A stretch of DNA of 64,000 nt, taken from positions 77,197-141,196 of the forward strand of contig JBAZGT010000001.1 of assembly GCA_041652735.1 (NCBI GenBank), in the 5' to 3' direction. The position numbers were made by a program, and so were the translations under genes. This document shows positions 1 to 9,952 of the stretch, one piece after another. The stretch is from Dehalococcoidales bacterium (GTDB taxonomy: Bacteria; Chloroflexota; Dehalococcoidia; Dehalococcoidales; RBG-16-60-22). The notes below the pieces were generated by a model. It was not told where the DNA came from. It saw only the letters and a program-made list of their open reading frames with translations, and ran no database searches. Positions within the stretch are counted from its first letter, which is position 1. The number at the start of each line of letters is the position of its first letter.

Positions 1-572
1 AAGAGTGAATCGTGACCTACACACAACCCCAGCATAATAGCCAGGTCCACTCTGGATTTATTGATAATCATGGCCTGGACGATGGGATTGCACATGGTCT
101 CCCAGGCTTCCGGCCCGGCGATTTTCTCCTCCGGCTTCAGCCCGATTCTTTCCTTGGGCACCGCCCCGGTCTTGCACTGCACGGAAACCACCTCAAAGCC
201 GTTGTTGGCCAACACCTGCGTCAGCAGGCCGGCTTCATGGGCCAGTCCGGCGCAGTGAGCCAGGCCCAGCCTTTTATAGCCGCATTTCCGGGCGAACTGT
301 ATCGTCTCCTCAATACGCGGCAGCCGGGTGCGCAGACCGTCCGGCGTATGCTCGTAGCACTGGAACTCCTGCAAGCCCGCCAGCCGGGCGAACTCCTTCA
401 CCTCCGGCTTATCGTACTCCGAAAGCGCCGCGGCATACACGTCCGGCAGCAGCTTCATGGGACAAAACGCCGGCGCTTTCTCCAGGGAAGGCGCTTCACC
501 GGCTTTGCCTCCCGGGTTTTCACATACCTTGGTGAGACAACGGGCGCACTCAGGGTAAGTATTCCTGGCCAT
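1..572 (-). CDS. DUF1847-family Cys-rich metal-binding protein; gene runs off the left edge
   Basis: Absent from the ORF track because it is open to position 1. Reverse translation from ATG at 572-570 gives MARNTYPECARCLTKVCENPGG...CNPIVQAMIINKSRVDLAIMLGLCVGHDSL with no stops. AAGGAG lies 8 nt upstream. The GLCVGHD block is typical of DUF1847. It replaces the Arg-rich + ORF 12..719. Confidence 0.6.
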   Translation of the reverse strand, partial: MARNTYPECARCLTKVCENPGGKAGEAPSLEKAPAFCPMKLLPDVYAAALSEYDKPEVKEFARLAGLQEFQCYEHTPDGLRTRLPRIEETIQFARKCGYKRLGLAHCAGLAHEAGLLTQVLANNGFEVVSVQCKTGAVPKERIGLKPEEKIAGPEAWETMCNPIVQAMIINKSRVDLAIMLGLCVGHDSL

Positions 573-826
573 AAAGAAAGCTCCTTTACCGATACTAATC
601 TATATTCTAGTTTCTCATCATCCAAAAGACAAACACAAATAAGCAGAAAGGCTGATGCACAATTAGCATATCACCTGATTCCCGCCGGCAGCGCTTCAAC
701 TATAATCAAGGTACCTTAAAATACGCGTATTAAAATCCGTACCTTAACAATAGAATATCGGTCATCCTGTAAATCCTGAACGTGTTCACCCGATGCAACG
801 TAAGCCTCCGTTTAGCCCTAAGGACA

Positions 827-861
827 TAGTACTTTCCCTTGAAATCTTAGTACTTTCCCTT
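827..861. repeat. Two exact 14-bp direct repeats TAGTACTTTCCCTT with 21-bp period, upstream of the Wood-Ljungdahl operon
   Basis: Copies at 827-840 and 848-861, read directly, followed by TATTGTC at 861-867 and 872-878. Located in the 600-bp AT-richer spacer before cooC. Confidence 0.8.
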
Positions 862-1179
862 ATTGTCCTTTTATTGTCAAGTGGGCTAAAATACTAAAAT
901 AGGCAACACTATCAAAAGGAGGCGCACCCGAGCACCGGCGATGTTTCGCGGCGAAAACCACCCCGCCTTTTCCTGATAAAAGTCTATCACGGAAAATTCG
1001 TCAAAAGTGCGTTGAACATCAATAATTGTGCCATAAGTCCTATGCCGTAAGTGCTACCTTACTTTGACTTTTTGTACGGCATACCTGTACACTATACTCT
1101 TAGGCGGTCTGGGCTGTCCTCGTCCTTTACGCCCTTCTCCCGAGAGCCTGAGAGATAGGTACAATTCGAGTGAAGTGTC

Positions 1180-1971
1180 ATGAAGATAGCGGTTAGCGGC
1201 AAAGGCGGCGTAGGCAAGACCCTGCTGGCCGCTTTTCTGGCGCAGACATTCGCCTCCTCCGGGTATTCCGTCATCGCCATTGACGCCGACCCCGATGCCA
1301 ACCTGGCGGCCACGCTGGGTTTCCCCCACCCCGAGACCATCACCCCCATCTCCGAACTCAACGACCTTATCGAAGAGCGCGTGGGGGTACGCCCCGGCAC
1401 TTCCGGCTCCTTTTTCAAACTTAATCCCAGAGTGGACGACCTGCCGGAAAAGTACTCCGTGAAAATGGACGGCATCAAGCTGATGTCCATGGGGCGGATA
1501 AAGCGGGGCGGCACCGGCTGCTACTGCTCCGAGGGCGCTTTGTTACAGGCGCTGGTCAGCCACCTGCTGCTGCACCGGGACGAGGTGGTTATCCTGGACA
1601 TGGAAGCGGGCATCGAGCACCTGTCCCGCGGCACGGTAAAAGCGGTGGACAAGCTCATCATCGTGGTGGAACCGGGGCGGCGCAGCCTGGAGACGGCGGC
1701 CACCATCAAAAAGCTGGCGCAGGACCTCGGCCTGGAAAACATCGCCGCCGTGGGCAACAAGATAAGGAGCAAGGCGGACGAGGAGTTTATCCGGGACAAC
1801 CTGCCGGACATCCCGGTACTGGGGTTCATCAATTACAATCCGGCCATCAGCGAGGCCGACCATGCGAATGTCTCGCTCTTTACCGCCAGCCCGCAAACGG
1901 CGCGGGAGGTCAAGAGCATTTATGATAAACTGGCAGCCGCCGGCCGTGAGACGGCCGCTAAAAAGCGTTAG
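1180..1971 (+). CDS. cooC: CooC/AcsF-type Ni-insertion ATPase (CODH/ACS maturation)
   Basis: N-terminus MKIAVSGKGGVGKT (deviant Walker A); CYC motif (GTGCYCSEG); MinD/CooC family length of 263 aa. Confidence 0.9.
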   Translation: MKIAVSGKGGVGKTLLAAFLAQTFASSGYSVIAIDADPDANLAATLGFPHPETITPISELNDLIEERVGVRPGTSGSFFKLNPRVDDLPEKYSVKMDGIKLMSMGRIKRGGTGCYCSEGALLQALVSHLLLHRDEVVILDMEAGIEHLSRGTVKAVDKLIIVVEPGRRSLETAATIKKLAQDLGLENIAAVGNKIRSKADEEFIRDNLPDIPVLGFINYNPAISEADHANVSLFTASPQTAREVKSIYDKLAAAGRETAAKKR

Positions 1972-2047
1972 CTGCCCTGAAGCATCAGGGCTTACGATAC
2001 TAACGGCACGTAAAGCACTGGAAAATAAAGTCAAGGAGGATTAATTA

Positions 2048-3823
2048 GTGGCTTACGATGTATCCAAAATGGCGGACTGGCAAATAGCCGAAGCCGCCTG
2101 CGAAAAGATGCCCACCCCTGCCGAGTGGCAGGAAAAACTGGGACTTAAGAAAGATGAAATCCTGGCTTACGGGAAGGTCGGCAAAGTGGACTTCCTGAAA
2201 GTAATGGAACGGCTAAAGGACAGACCGGACGGCAAATACATTGAAGTAACCGCCGTCACCCCCACCCCGCTGGGCGAGGGCAAGACCACCACCACCATGG
2301 GGCTTATCGAAGGCCTCGGCTACCAGAAAGAGAACGTGGGCGGCGCCATCCGGCAGCCCTCCGGCGGCCCTACCATGAACGTCAAAGGCACCGCGGCCGG
2401 CGGCGGCAACGCCCTGCTGATTCCCCATACCGAGTTCTCACTCGGCCTGACCGGGGACATCAACGATATCATGAACGCGCACAACCTGGCGATGGTGGCC
2501 CTGACCGCCAGGATGCAGCACGAGCGCAACTACGATGACGAGCAGCTGGCGCGGCTTTCCCACATGCGCCGCCTGGACATCGACCCGCTACGCGTGGAAA
2601 TGGGCTGGATCATGGACTACTGCGCCCAGGCCCTGCGCAACATCATCATCGGCATGGGCACGCAGAAGACCGACGGCTACATGATGCAGAGCAAGTTCGG
2701 CATCGCCGTCAGCTCCGAGCTCATGGCCATCCTGTCCATCGTTACCGATTTGGCCGACCTGCGCAAGCGGCTCGGTGAAATCACCGTCGCTTACGATAAG
2801 AAGGGCAAGCCCATCACCACCGAAGACCTGATGGTGGCCGGCGCCATGACCGCCTGGATGAAGAACACCATCAACCCCACCCTGTGCTCCACCGCGGAAT
2901 ACCAGCCCTGCTTCGTACACGCCGGGCCTTTCGCCAACATCGCCATCGGCCAGTCTTCCATCATCGCCGACCGCATCGGCCTCAAGATGTTCGACTACCA
3001 CGTGACGGAAAGCGGCTTCGCCTCCGACATCGGCTTCGAGAAATTCTGGAACGTCAAGTGCCGCTACAGCGGCCTCAAGCCCAACGTATCCGTGCTGGTG
3101 GCCACCGTACGCTCCCTGAAAATGCACGGCGGCGGGCCTAAAGTCACCCCCGGCGTGCCTCTGCCCGATGCCTACAAGAAATCCGCCCCGGAACTGGTAG
3201 AGAAGGGCTGCAATAACTTAATCCACCACATCAATATCATCCGCGCCTCCGGCATCAACCCGGTGGTCTGCATCAACAGCTTCCCGACGGACACCAAGGA
3301 AGAAATAGCCATTATCCGCAAAGCGGCGGAAGCCGCCGGAGCCCGCTGCGCCGTATCCACCCATTACGCCAACGGCGGCGCCGGCGCCCAGGAGCTGGCC
3401 AACGCCGTGAAAGACGCCTGCAAAGAGAAGAACAACTTCCACTTCCTCTATCCCAACGAGATGAAGCTGCGCGACCGCGTGGCGCAGATAGCCAAGGTAG
3501 TTTACGGCGCCGACGGCGTGTCCTGGTCCGCTACCGCCGCGGATAAAGCCAAGGCGTTCGAGGCCGACCCGAAATATAATGATTACGGGACGATGATGGT
3601 GAAGACCCATCTTTCCCTTTCCCACGACCCGAACCTCAAAGGCGTGCCCAAGGGCTGGACGCTGCCCATCCGCGACGTCCTAATCTACTCCGGCGCCAAG
3701 TTCCTCTGCCCGATGGCCGGCGATATCAGCCTGATGCCCGCCACCGGCTCGGACCCGGCTTTCAAGAAGGTGGACGTGGACGTGAAGACCGGTAAAATCC
3801 ACGGCCTGCACGACGTAAGCTAG
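2048..3823 (+). CDS. fhs: Formate-tetrahydrofolate ligase
   Basis: 591 aa with GTG start; AAGGAGGA RBS at 2033-2040; hallmark blocks [13 protein letters not shown] and [13 protein letters not shown]. Confidence 0.95.
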   Translation: MAYDVSKMADWQIAEAACEKMPTPAEWQEKLGLKKDEILAYGKVGKVDFLKVMERLKDRPDGKYIEVTAVTPTPLGEGKTTTTMGLIEGLGYQKENVGGAIRQPSGGPTMNVKGTAAGGGNALLIPHTEFSLGLTGDINDIMNAHNLAMVALTARMQHERNYDDEQLARLSHMRRLDIDPLRVEMGWIMDYCAQALRNIIIGMGTQKTDGYMMQSKFGIAVSSELMAILSIVTDLADLRKRLGEITVAYDKKGKPITTEDLMVAGAMTAWMKNTINPTLCSTAEYQPCFVHAGPFANIAIGQSSIIADRIGLKMFDYHVTESGFASDIGFEKFWNVKCRYSGLKPNVSVLVATVRSLKMHGGGPKVTPGVPLPDAYKKSAPELVEKGCNNLIHHINIIRASGINPVVCINSFPTDTKEEIAIIRKAAEAAGARCAVSTHYANGGAGAQELANAVKDACKEKNNFHFLYPNEMKLRDRVAQIAKVVYGADGVSWSATAADKAKAFEADPKYNDYGTMMVKTHLSLSHDPNLKGVPKGWTLPIRDVLIYSGAKFLCPMAGDISLMPATGSDPAFKKVDVDVKTGKIHGLHDVS

Positions 3824-3862
3824 TAACGGAAACCATATTATTGCGAGGTACTCACTCTTTAT

Positions 3863-3890
3863 CCCTCCTCCCCGGCAGCGGGGAGGAGGG
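3863..3890. other. Perfect 11-bp GC hairpin (CCCTCCTCCCC-GGCAGC-GGGGAGGAGGG) in the fhs-cooC2 spacer
   Basis: Read directly. No U-tract follows on the + strand, so it is not a canonical terminator. Confidence 0.7.
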
Positions 3891-3960
3891 CCACCCCAAA
3901 AATTCTCCCGGACGGGGGAAAGTATAAAAATCTCGCAATGATATTAGTGAGGAATAAATA

Positions 3961-4734
3961 TTGACCATCAACATCGCGGTAGCCGGCAAGGGCGGTACGG
4001 GCAAGACATCGGTGACGAGCCTGGTGGTCCGCTACCTTTTGCAAAATAACCTGGGCACTGTCCTGGCGGTGGACGCCGACCCCAACTCCAACCTGGCGGA
4101 AGGGCTGGGACTGGAAGTGCGGCAAACGGTAGGCCGGATACTCAACGAGTTCCAGGGAGCCAAGCTGAATATCCCGGCGGGGATGACCAAGGAAGGCTAC
4201 CTGGAATACCAGCTCAACGGGGCGATAGCCGAAGGCAGGAACCTGGACCTCATCACCATGGGGCGGGGGGAAGGGCCGGAATGCTACTGCTACCCCAACG
4301 TGGTTATCCGCAAGCTCATCGACGACTGGGCGAAGAACTATGCCTACGTAGTTTTAGATAACGAGGCGGGCATGGAGCACCTGAGCCGCCGCACCACCCA
4401 GAACATCGACGAGATGCTGCTGGTGACCGACCACTCGGTAAAAGGCCTGCGTGCTTTGGCCCGCATCCGCGACCTGATAAAAGAGCTAAAACTCGTAGTC
4501 AAACGACAGTCCATCATCATCAACCTGGTCCCCGGCGGGATAGACCCGCTGCTCAAACAGGAGATGGACCGGCTGCAAATGGCGCCGGCCGCCATCATAC
4601 CGGTTGACGAAGAGGTGAAGAAGTACGACCTGGAGCAAAAACCGCTATTCCAGCTGCCGGACACATCCCCGGCGGTAACGGCCGTAAAAATATTAATGGA
4701 CAGGCTATTGCTAAATACCACCGCGACACCGTAA
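3961..4734 (+). CDS. cooC: Second CooC-type Ni-insertion ATPase
   Basis: TTG start; MTINIAVAGKGGTGKTS Walker A; GPECYCY motif; paralog of 1180..1971. Confidence 0.9.
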   Translation: MTINIAVAGKGGTGKTSVTSLVVRYLLQNNLGTVLAVDADPNSNLAEGLGLEVRQTVGRILNEFQGAKLNIPAGMTKEGYLEYQLNGAIAEGRNLDLITMGRGEGPECYCYPNVVIRKLIDDWAKNYAYVVLDNEAGMEHLSRRTTQNIDEMLLVTDHSVKGLRALARIRDLIKELKLVVKRQSIIINLVPGGIDPLLKQEMDRLQMAPAAIIPVDEEVKKYDLEQKPLFQLPDTSPAVTAVKILMDRLLLNTTATP

Positions 4735-4801
4735 TATAATGGTTAAAATGCAGATGCCTGGAGCTGGGACAACCGGGGATAAAAAAATAAAGGGACAGGT
4801 G

Positions 4802-5761
4802 ATGAAAACAGGGATGAAGCCGGGTAAAAAAGCACTTTTTCTGCCTTTGCTGCTGGTGCAGGTACTGCTGATGCTCCCCGCTTTCGGCTGTACCACCGAC
4901 ACGACGAACGAGACAACGATAGCGGCCCCTACCACCACCCCGGCGGACATGGGCCAGCAAATACAGCAAATCCTGGTGGACGCCGTGGAAAAACAGGAAA
5001 CCCTGACCAGCTATAAATACAGCCTGGTCATGGACATGGACGTGGAAGCCACCGGCGGTACAGAACAAGGCAAAGTGACCATGAATTACCAGTACAGCGG
5101 TGCGATCGACCTCCCATCCGAACAGTTACAAATGAGTCTTGCCGTGAACATGAAGACCGAGATACCGGGAGAAGCAGAGAATTATAACATGGAAACGGTG
5201 ATGGACGTTTATATGCTGGATGACTGGGTGTACGCCAGGATGGAAATAACGGGAGAGCCGGAGCAATGGGTGCGGGCGCCGGTCACCGATGAGATTGAAA
5301 CATCGTTCAAGCTGAACCCTGTCGACCAGCAGATGGGGCTGCTGGATTCGCCATCCGATATCGAATACGTCGGAGACGCAAGTATAAACGGAATAGATTG
5401 CTACGTGGTAGCCATCAAGCCGAGTATCGAAGCCCTGGAGGAATGGTTCACGGAACAAAACACGGATTCCGAGATAGTAGACATGTCCAACATGATGGAC
5501 TTCGCCGACACCATCCGGAGTTTTTCCTATACCTGCTATATCAGCAAAGAGTCCGTACAGCTGGAAAAAGTGGTGTTTAACATCCTGTTTGCCTTTACGC
5601 CGGAACAGACGGGCGATGACACCGACGCTTACGACGAGCTGACCATGTACATCAACATGGATATAGAAATGTTCGACCAGAACATTCCCTTTGCCATCGA
5701 CCTGCCGGATGAGGCGGCCAATGCTCAAGACACCTTTTCCGACCCGGGTTTCCTGGAATAA
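4802..5761 (+). CDS. Acidic lipoprotein of unknown function (possibly LolA/LppX-like fold)
   Basis: MKTGMKPGKKALFLPLLLVQVLLMLPAFGC has a signal peptide plus lipobox (LPAFG/C). The mature part is D/E-rich. The start was chosen at the ATG at 4802 inside ORF 4739..5761. The fold assignment is a guess. Confidence 0.6.
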   Translation: MKTGMKPGKKALFLPLLLVQVLLMLPAFGCTTDTTNETTIAAPTTTPADMGQQIQQILVDAVEKQETLTSYKYSLVMDMDVEATGGTEQGKVTMNYQYSGAIDLPSEQLQMSLAVNMKTEIPGEAENYNMETVMDVYMLDDWVYARMEITGEPEQWVRAPVTDEIETSFKLNPVDQQMGLLDSPSDIEYVGDASINGIDCYVVAIKPSIEALEEWFTEQNTDSEIVDMSNMMDFADTIRSFSYTCYISKESVQLEKVVFNILFAFTPEQTGDDTDAYDELTMYINMDIEMFDQNIPFAIDLPDEAANAQDTFSDPGFLE

Positions 5762-5796
5762 CAACAAAAACTAGACAAAAGGGGGAAAACTAAAAA

Positions 5797-6684
5797 ATGA
5801 CAGCCACATTAATCAAAGGCGCTGAAGTAGCCAAGCAAATCCGCGAGGAACTGGCGAAAGAAGTCGCCGACCTCAAGGCCAAGCACAATGTAGTGCCCGG
5901 CCTGGTTACTATACTCGTGGGTTCCGACCCGGCCTCCCAGGTATATGTCGGTCAGAAAGAAAAGACCGCCAAAGAGCTGGGTATCTATTCCGAGCGGTAC
6001 GACCTGCCGGAAAACACCAGCCAGAAAGACCTTATCGCGCTGGTGGAAAAACTAAACAAGAATCCCAAAATCAATGGCATCCTGTGCCAGCTGCCTCTCC
6101 CCAAGCACCTCAACGAGGAGCAGGTGGTCTACGCCATCGATCCCAATAAAGACGTGGACGGTCTCCACCCGGTCAACCAGGGCAAGCTGATGAGTGGCGA
6201 AGCGGACTTCATTCCCTGCACGCCGCGGGGCATCCAGCAGCTGCTCATCCGCTCCAACACCCAGATCGAGGGCGCGGACGTAGTGGTCATCGGCCGCAGC
6301 AACCTGGTCGGCAAGCCCATCCTCAACATCCTGCTCCAGAAAGCGCCGGGCGCCAACGCCACCGTCACCCTGTGCCACACCAAGACCAAAGACCTGGCTT
6401 TCTACACCAAACACGCGGATATCATCATCGCCGCCGCCGGCAAACCCAAGACGGTCACCGGTGACATGGTCAAGGACGGCGTGGTCGTTATCGACGTGGG
6501 CGTGAACGAAATCGGTAAGACTGCCGAGGGCAAGAGAATCCTCGTCGGCGACGTGGACTTCGAGACGGTCAGCCCCAAAGCCAAAGCCATCACTCCCGTC
6601 CCGGGCGGCGTGGGCCCCATGACCATCACCATGCTGATGATGAACACGGTCAAGGCCGCTAAAATGGCGGCAGGCCTGAAATAG
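5797..6684 (+). CDS. folD: Bifunctional methylene-THF dehydrogenase / methenyl-THF cyclohydrolase
   Basis: 295 aa; MTATLIKGAEVAKQIREEL; blocks PGLVTILVG, VYVGQKEK and PGGVGPMTI. Confidence 0.95.
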   Translation: MTATLIKGAEVAKQIREELAKEVADLKAKHNVVPGLVTILVGSDPASQVYVGQKEKTAKELGIYSERYDLPENTSQKDLIALVEKLNKNPKINGILCQLPLPKHLNEEQVVYAIDPNKDVDGLHPVNQGKLMSGEADFIPCTPRGIQQLLIRSNTQIEGADVVVIGRSNLVGKPILNILLQKAPGANATVTLCHTKTKDLAFYTKHADIIIAAAGKPKTVTGDMVKDGVVVIDVGVNEIGKTAEGKRILVGDVDFETVSPKAKAITPVPGGVGPMTITMLMMNTVKAAKMAAGLK

Positions 6685-6730
6685 GCTACATTACTCCTTA
6701 AATATTTCCCGGCGATAATAGGGAGGAAAA

Positions 6731-6949
6731 ATGGAATACAAGACAGTTAAAAAAGAGGCGCCCGGCCGCGGCGAAGTAGAGGTCCTCGCGGAGACTTACG
6801 AGCCGGGTGAACCGGAGGCCGAAGCCGCCGGCCGGTGGCGCCAAAAACTGGAAAATCGCGATGAAAAGCTGAAGTACTTGAAAAACGGCGAGCGTTACTG
6901 GTATAGTGACGATTGGTTCGGGAGTGAGAAGAGGAAAAATCCGGCCTGA
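6731..6949 (+). CDS. Small charged hypothetical protein (72 aa)
   Basis: ATG preceded by GGGAGGAAAA; sits between folD and acsD in the same orientation; no recognisable domain. Confidence 0.35.
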   Translation: MEYKTVKKEAPGRGEVEVLAETYEPGEPEAEAAGRWRQKLENRDEKLKYLKNGERYWYSDDWFGSEKRKNPA

Positions 6950-6990
6950 CCGTACCGGAATCCGGCAAGCAGGCCCGATAAGGAGCTACA

Positions 6991-7938
6991 ATGGCGATAG
7001 AAATTCCTAAGACGGCCTACAGCGGGAAAATCAAGGAAATCAAGCTGGGAAAAGGCGATAAAGCCCTAACCGTGGGCGGGGAAACGGCCTACCCTTTCTA
7101 CCTCTATGAAGGCCAGATGCCCCATTTGCCCCGCATCGCCATGGAAGTATATGACCTGCCCCCGGAAGAATGGCCGGAAGCCGCCCTGGAACCCTTCGCC
7201 GATGTAATTAACGACCCCGTAGCCTGGGCGCAGAAGTGCATTAAAGACTACGGGGCGGAAATGATATGCCTGCAGCTGGCCAGCACCGACCCCAACGGCC
7301 AGGACCGCCCGGCGGCGGAAGCCGCCCAAACCGTTAAAAAAGTAGCGGACGCCATAGACGTGCCGCTGATTGTCTGGGGCACCGCCAACCATGATAAAGA
7401 CACGGAAGTGCTGCGCGCGGCCGCGGAAATCTGCCAGGATAAAAGCCTCATCCTGGGCCCGGTGGAAGAAGCCGACCACAAGAAAATAGGCGCCGCCGCC
7501 ATCGGCTACAAACACGTGGTGGCCGCCTCAACCCCCATCGATATCAACCTGGCCAAACAGCTCAATATCCTGCTGGGCAACCTGGGCGTACCGGACAACA
7601 TGATGCTCATGGACACGTCCTGCAGCAGCATCGGCTACGGCATCGAATACTGCTACTCCGTCATGGAAAGAACGCGCATGGCGGCGCTGACGCAGCAGGA
7701 CACCAAACTGCAATTCCCCATCATCTGCAACCTGGCCAAGGAGACCTGGAAGAACAAGGAAGCCAAGATTTCAGAAAAAGACGACCCCAAGATGGGGGAC
7801 GCCGCCAGGCGGGGCATCCTGCTGGAGGCGATGACCGCCACCATGCTGCTCATGGCCGGGGCGGACGTGCTGATTATGAGACACCCGGCCGCCATCAAGC
7901 TGGTCAAAGAAATGGTCGCAGACCTTACCACAAAATAA
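6991..7938 (+). CDS. acsD: Corrinoid iron-sulfur protein small subunit (delta)
   Basis: 315 aa; MAIEIPKTAYSGKIKEIKLG...LTVGGETAYPFY, typical of the AcsD/CdhD TIM-barrel subunit; position is in the acs cluster. Confidence 0.9.
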   Translation: MAIEIPKTAYSGKIKEIKLGKGDKALTVGGETAYPFYLYEGQMPHLPRIAMEVYDLPPEEWPEAALEPFADVINDPVAWAQKCIKDYGAEMICLQLASTDPNGQDRPAAEAAQTVKKVADAIDVPLIVWGTANHDKDTEVLRAAAEICQDKSLILGPVEEADHKKIGAAAIGYKHVVAASTPIDINLAKQLNILLGNLGVPDNMMLMDTSCSSIGYGIEYCYSVMERTRMAALTQQDTKLQFPIICNLAKETWKNKEAKISEKDDPKMGDAARRGILLEAMTATMLLMAGADVLIMRHPAAIKLVKEMVADLTTK

Positions 7939-7951
7939 GGGGGGTACCTCC

Positions 7952-9919
7952 ATGCCCGATGAAAAACAGGCAAAAAGCATAGACCCGGCGACGCTGGAAA
8001 TGCTGGCCAAAGCCAGCGAGGAGAATATCAGCACGGTCTTCGACCGGGCTGATAAATTGAAGGCCTGCCCTATCGGCGCGGACGGCTCGTGCTGCAAGAA
8101 CTGCGCCATGGGGCCCTGCCGCGTGCCGCCGCCCAAGGGTAAAGAGGAAACGCCCAAAGAGAAGGCGGCCAGGGTGGGGGTTTGCGGCGCCACCGCGGAG
8201 ACCATTAGCGCCCGCAACTTCTGCCGCATGATAGCCGCCGGCTCCGCCTCCCACAGCGACCACGGCCGGAGGGTGGTGGAAGCCTTCAAGCTGATGGCGG
8301 AAGGCAAGACCAAAGATTTTGAAATCAAAGACGAGCAAAAGCTGCTGAAGCTGGCCCTGGACATGGGCGTACCGATAGGCGAACGCAGCAATATGGAAAT
8401 AGCGCTGGACATCGCCAAAATCTGTGAGGCCGAGTTCGGCAGGCAGGAAGGCGAGCTCTATTTTATTAAAAACGCCCCGCTGAAACGCCAGGAAATCTGG
8501 CGCAAGCTCGGGGTAGTGCCGCGCGGCATAGACCGCGAGGTGGTAGAGCTGATGCACCGCACCCACACCGGCGTGGACCAGGACTACCGCAACCTGATGC
8601 TCCAGGGCGTCCGCGCCGCGCTGGCGGACGGGTGGGGCGGCAGCATGATAGCCACGGAAATACAGGACGTGATGTTCGGCACCCCCACACCCACCCTGAG
8701 CGAGATTAACCTGGGCGTGCTCAAAGAGGACATGGTCAACGTTATCATCCACGGGCACGAGCCCGCCCTGGCCGAGATGCTGGCGGTGGAAAGCGAGAAT
8801 CCGGAGATGGTGGCCTATGCCAGGTCCAAAGGCGCCGCGGGCATCAACCTGGCGGGCATGTGCTGCACCGCCAACGAGATACTGATGCGGCACGGCGTGC
8901 CCATCGCGGGGAACTACCTCCAGCAGGAGCTGGCCATTATCACCGGCGCCGTGGACGCCATGGTGGTGGACGTGCAGTGCATCATGCAGGGGCTGCTGGA
9001 AGTATCCCGGTGTTTCCACACCAGGTTAATCAATACGGACAACCGCGCCAAAATTACCGGGGCGGAATACATGCCCTTCGACGAGCTCCACCCGAAGGAT
9101 TCAGCCCGGGCTATCATCAAAGCGGCTATCGATAATTTCCCCAACCGCCGGGACAACGTGAGAATACCGCACATCAAACAATCGCTGATTGCCGGGTTCT
9201 CCCACGAGACCATCAACTACCTGCTCGGAGGGCTTTTCCGCGCTTCCTACCGTCCCCTTAACGACAATATTATCAACGGGCGCATCCGCGGCCTGGCCGG
9301 GGTGGTAGGCTGCAATAACGCCCGCACCACCCATGACAGCGCCCACGTTACCATGATTAAAGAGCTGCTGAAAAACGACGTGCTGGTGCTCTCCACCGGC
9401 TGCGCCGCCATGGCGGCCGCCAAAGCCGGGCTGATGGTGCCGGAGTCCGCGGCCAAGTTCTGCGGCCCCGGCCTGGCGGAGGTCTGCGAGACGGTAGGCA
9501 TCCCGCCGGTGCTGCACCTGGGCTCATGTGTGGACAACAGCCGCATCCTCATCGCGGCGACGGCGGTAGTGAAAGACGGCGGCCTGGGCGATGACATCAG
9601 CGACCTGCCCGCGGCGGGCGCCGCCCCGGAATGGATGAGCGAAAAAGCCATCGCCATCGGGCAGTACTTCGTGGCTTCCGGCGTATATACCGTTTTCGGG
9701 ACAACCTTCCCCACTATGGGAAGCAAGGAGTTTACCAACCACCTCTTCAAGGACATGGAAGAAATGTACGGCGGCAAGTGGGACTTCCAGCCCGACCCCG
9801 TCAGGGCCGCCCAGCTGATGATTGCGCATATCGACAAGAAGCGCAAGGCGCTGGGCATCGACAAGGCGCGGGAGAGGGTGCTTTACGATATGGCGATGCG
9901 GCGTGAACTGGAAGGTTAA
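7952..9919 (+). CDS. acsA: Ni-dependent carbon monoxide dehydrogenase catalytic subunit
   Basis: 655 aa; N-terminal Cys cluster CPIGADGSCCKNCAMGPCRV; CooS/AcsA-like throughout (HGHEP, GSCVDNSR). Confidence 0.95.
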   Translation: MPDEKQAKSIDPATLEMLAKASEENISTVFDRADKLKACPIGADGSCCKNCAMGPCRVPPPKGKEETPKEKAARVGVCGATAETISARNFCRMIAAGSASHSDHGRRVVEAFKLMAEGKTKDFEIKDEQKLLKLALDMGVPIGERSNMEIALDIAKICEAEFGRQEGELYFIKNAPLKRQEIWRKLGVVPRGIDREVVELMHRTHTGVDQDYRNLMLQGVRAALADGWGGSMIATEIQDVMFGTPTPTLSEINLGVLKEDMVNVIIHGHEPALAEMLAVESENPEMVAYARSKGAAGINLAGMCCTANEILMRHGVPIAGNYLQQELAIITGAVDAMVVDVQCIMQGLLEVSRCFHTRLINTDNRAKITGAEYMPFDELHPKDSARAIIKAAIDNFPNRRDNVRIPHIKQSLIAGFSHETINYLLGGLFRASYRPLNDNIINGRIRGLAGVVGCNNARTTHDSAHVTMIKELLKNDVLVLSTGCAAMAAAKAGLMVPESAAKFCGPGLAEVCETVGIPPVLHLGSCVDNSRILIAATAVVKDGGLGDDISDLPAAGAAPEWMSEKAIAIGQYFVASGVYTVFGTTFPTMGSKEFTNHLFKDMEEMYGGKWDFQPDPVRAAQLMIAHIDKKRKALGIDKARERVLYDMAMRRELEG

Positions 9920-9952
9920 AACGGCGTAGCGGTAAGAAGGGGGGATTGCAGC

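Noticed and set aside
12-719. 235-aa + strand ORF at the left edge
   Set aside because: It is Arg/Gly/His-rich with shadow-frame composition. The opposite strand encodes a clean DUF1847-like protein with an RBS and an ATG at 572, so the + ORF is a shadow.
941-973. 10-codon mini-ORF (MFRGENHPAF) as a leader peptide for the Wood-Ljungdahl operon
   Set aside because: The only SD-like sequence is 19 nt upstream, there is no regulatory codon bias, and no terminator/antiterminator pair is evident.
720-1179. Cobalamin, THF or other riboswitch, or a Rex operator, upstream of the acs operon (also looked upstream of glmE at 56906-56937)
   Set aside because: I could not find a B12-box-like core, THF riboswitch features or a TTGTGA-N6-TCACAA type Rex box by eye. 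This needs an Rfam/covariance scan, so it is not claimed.
3863-3890. The fhs-cooC2 hairpin as a Rho-independent terminator
   Set aside because: No U-tract follows on the + strand and the downstream genes are clearly part of the same pathway cluster. It is kept only as a structural element.
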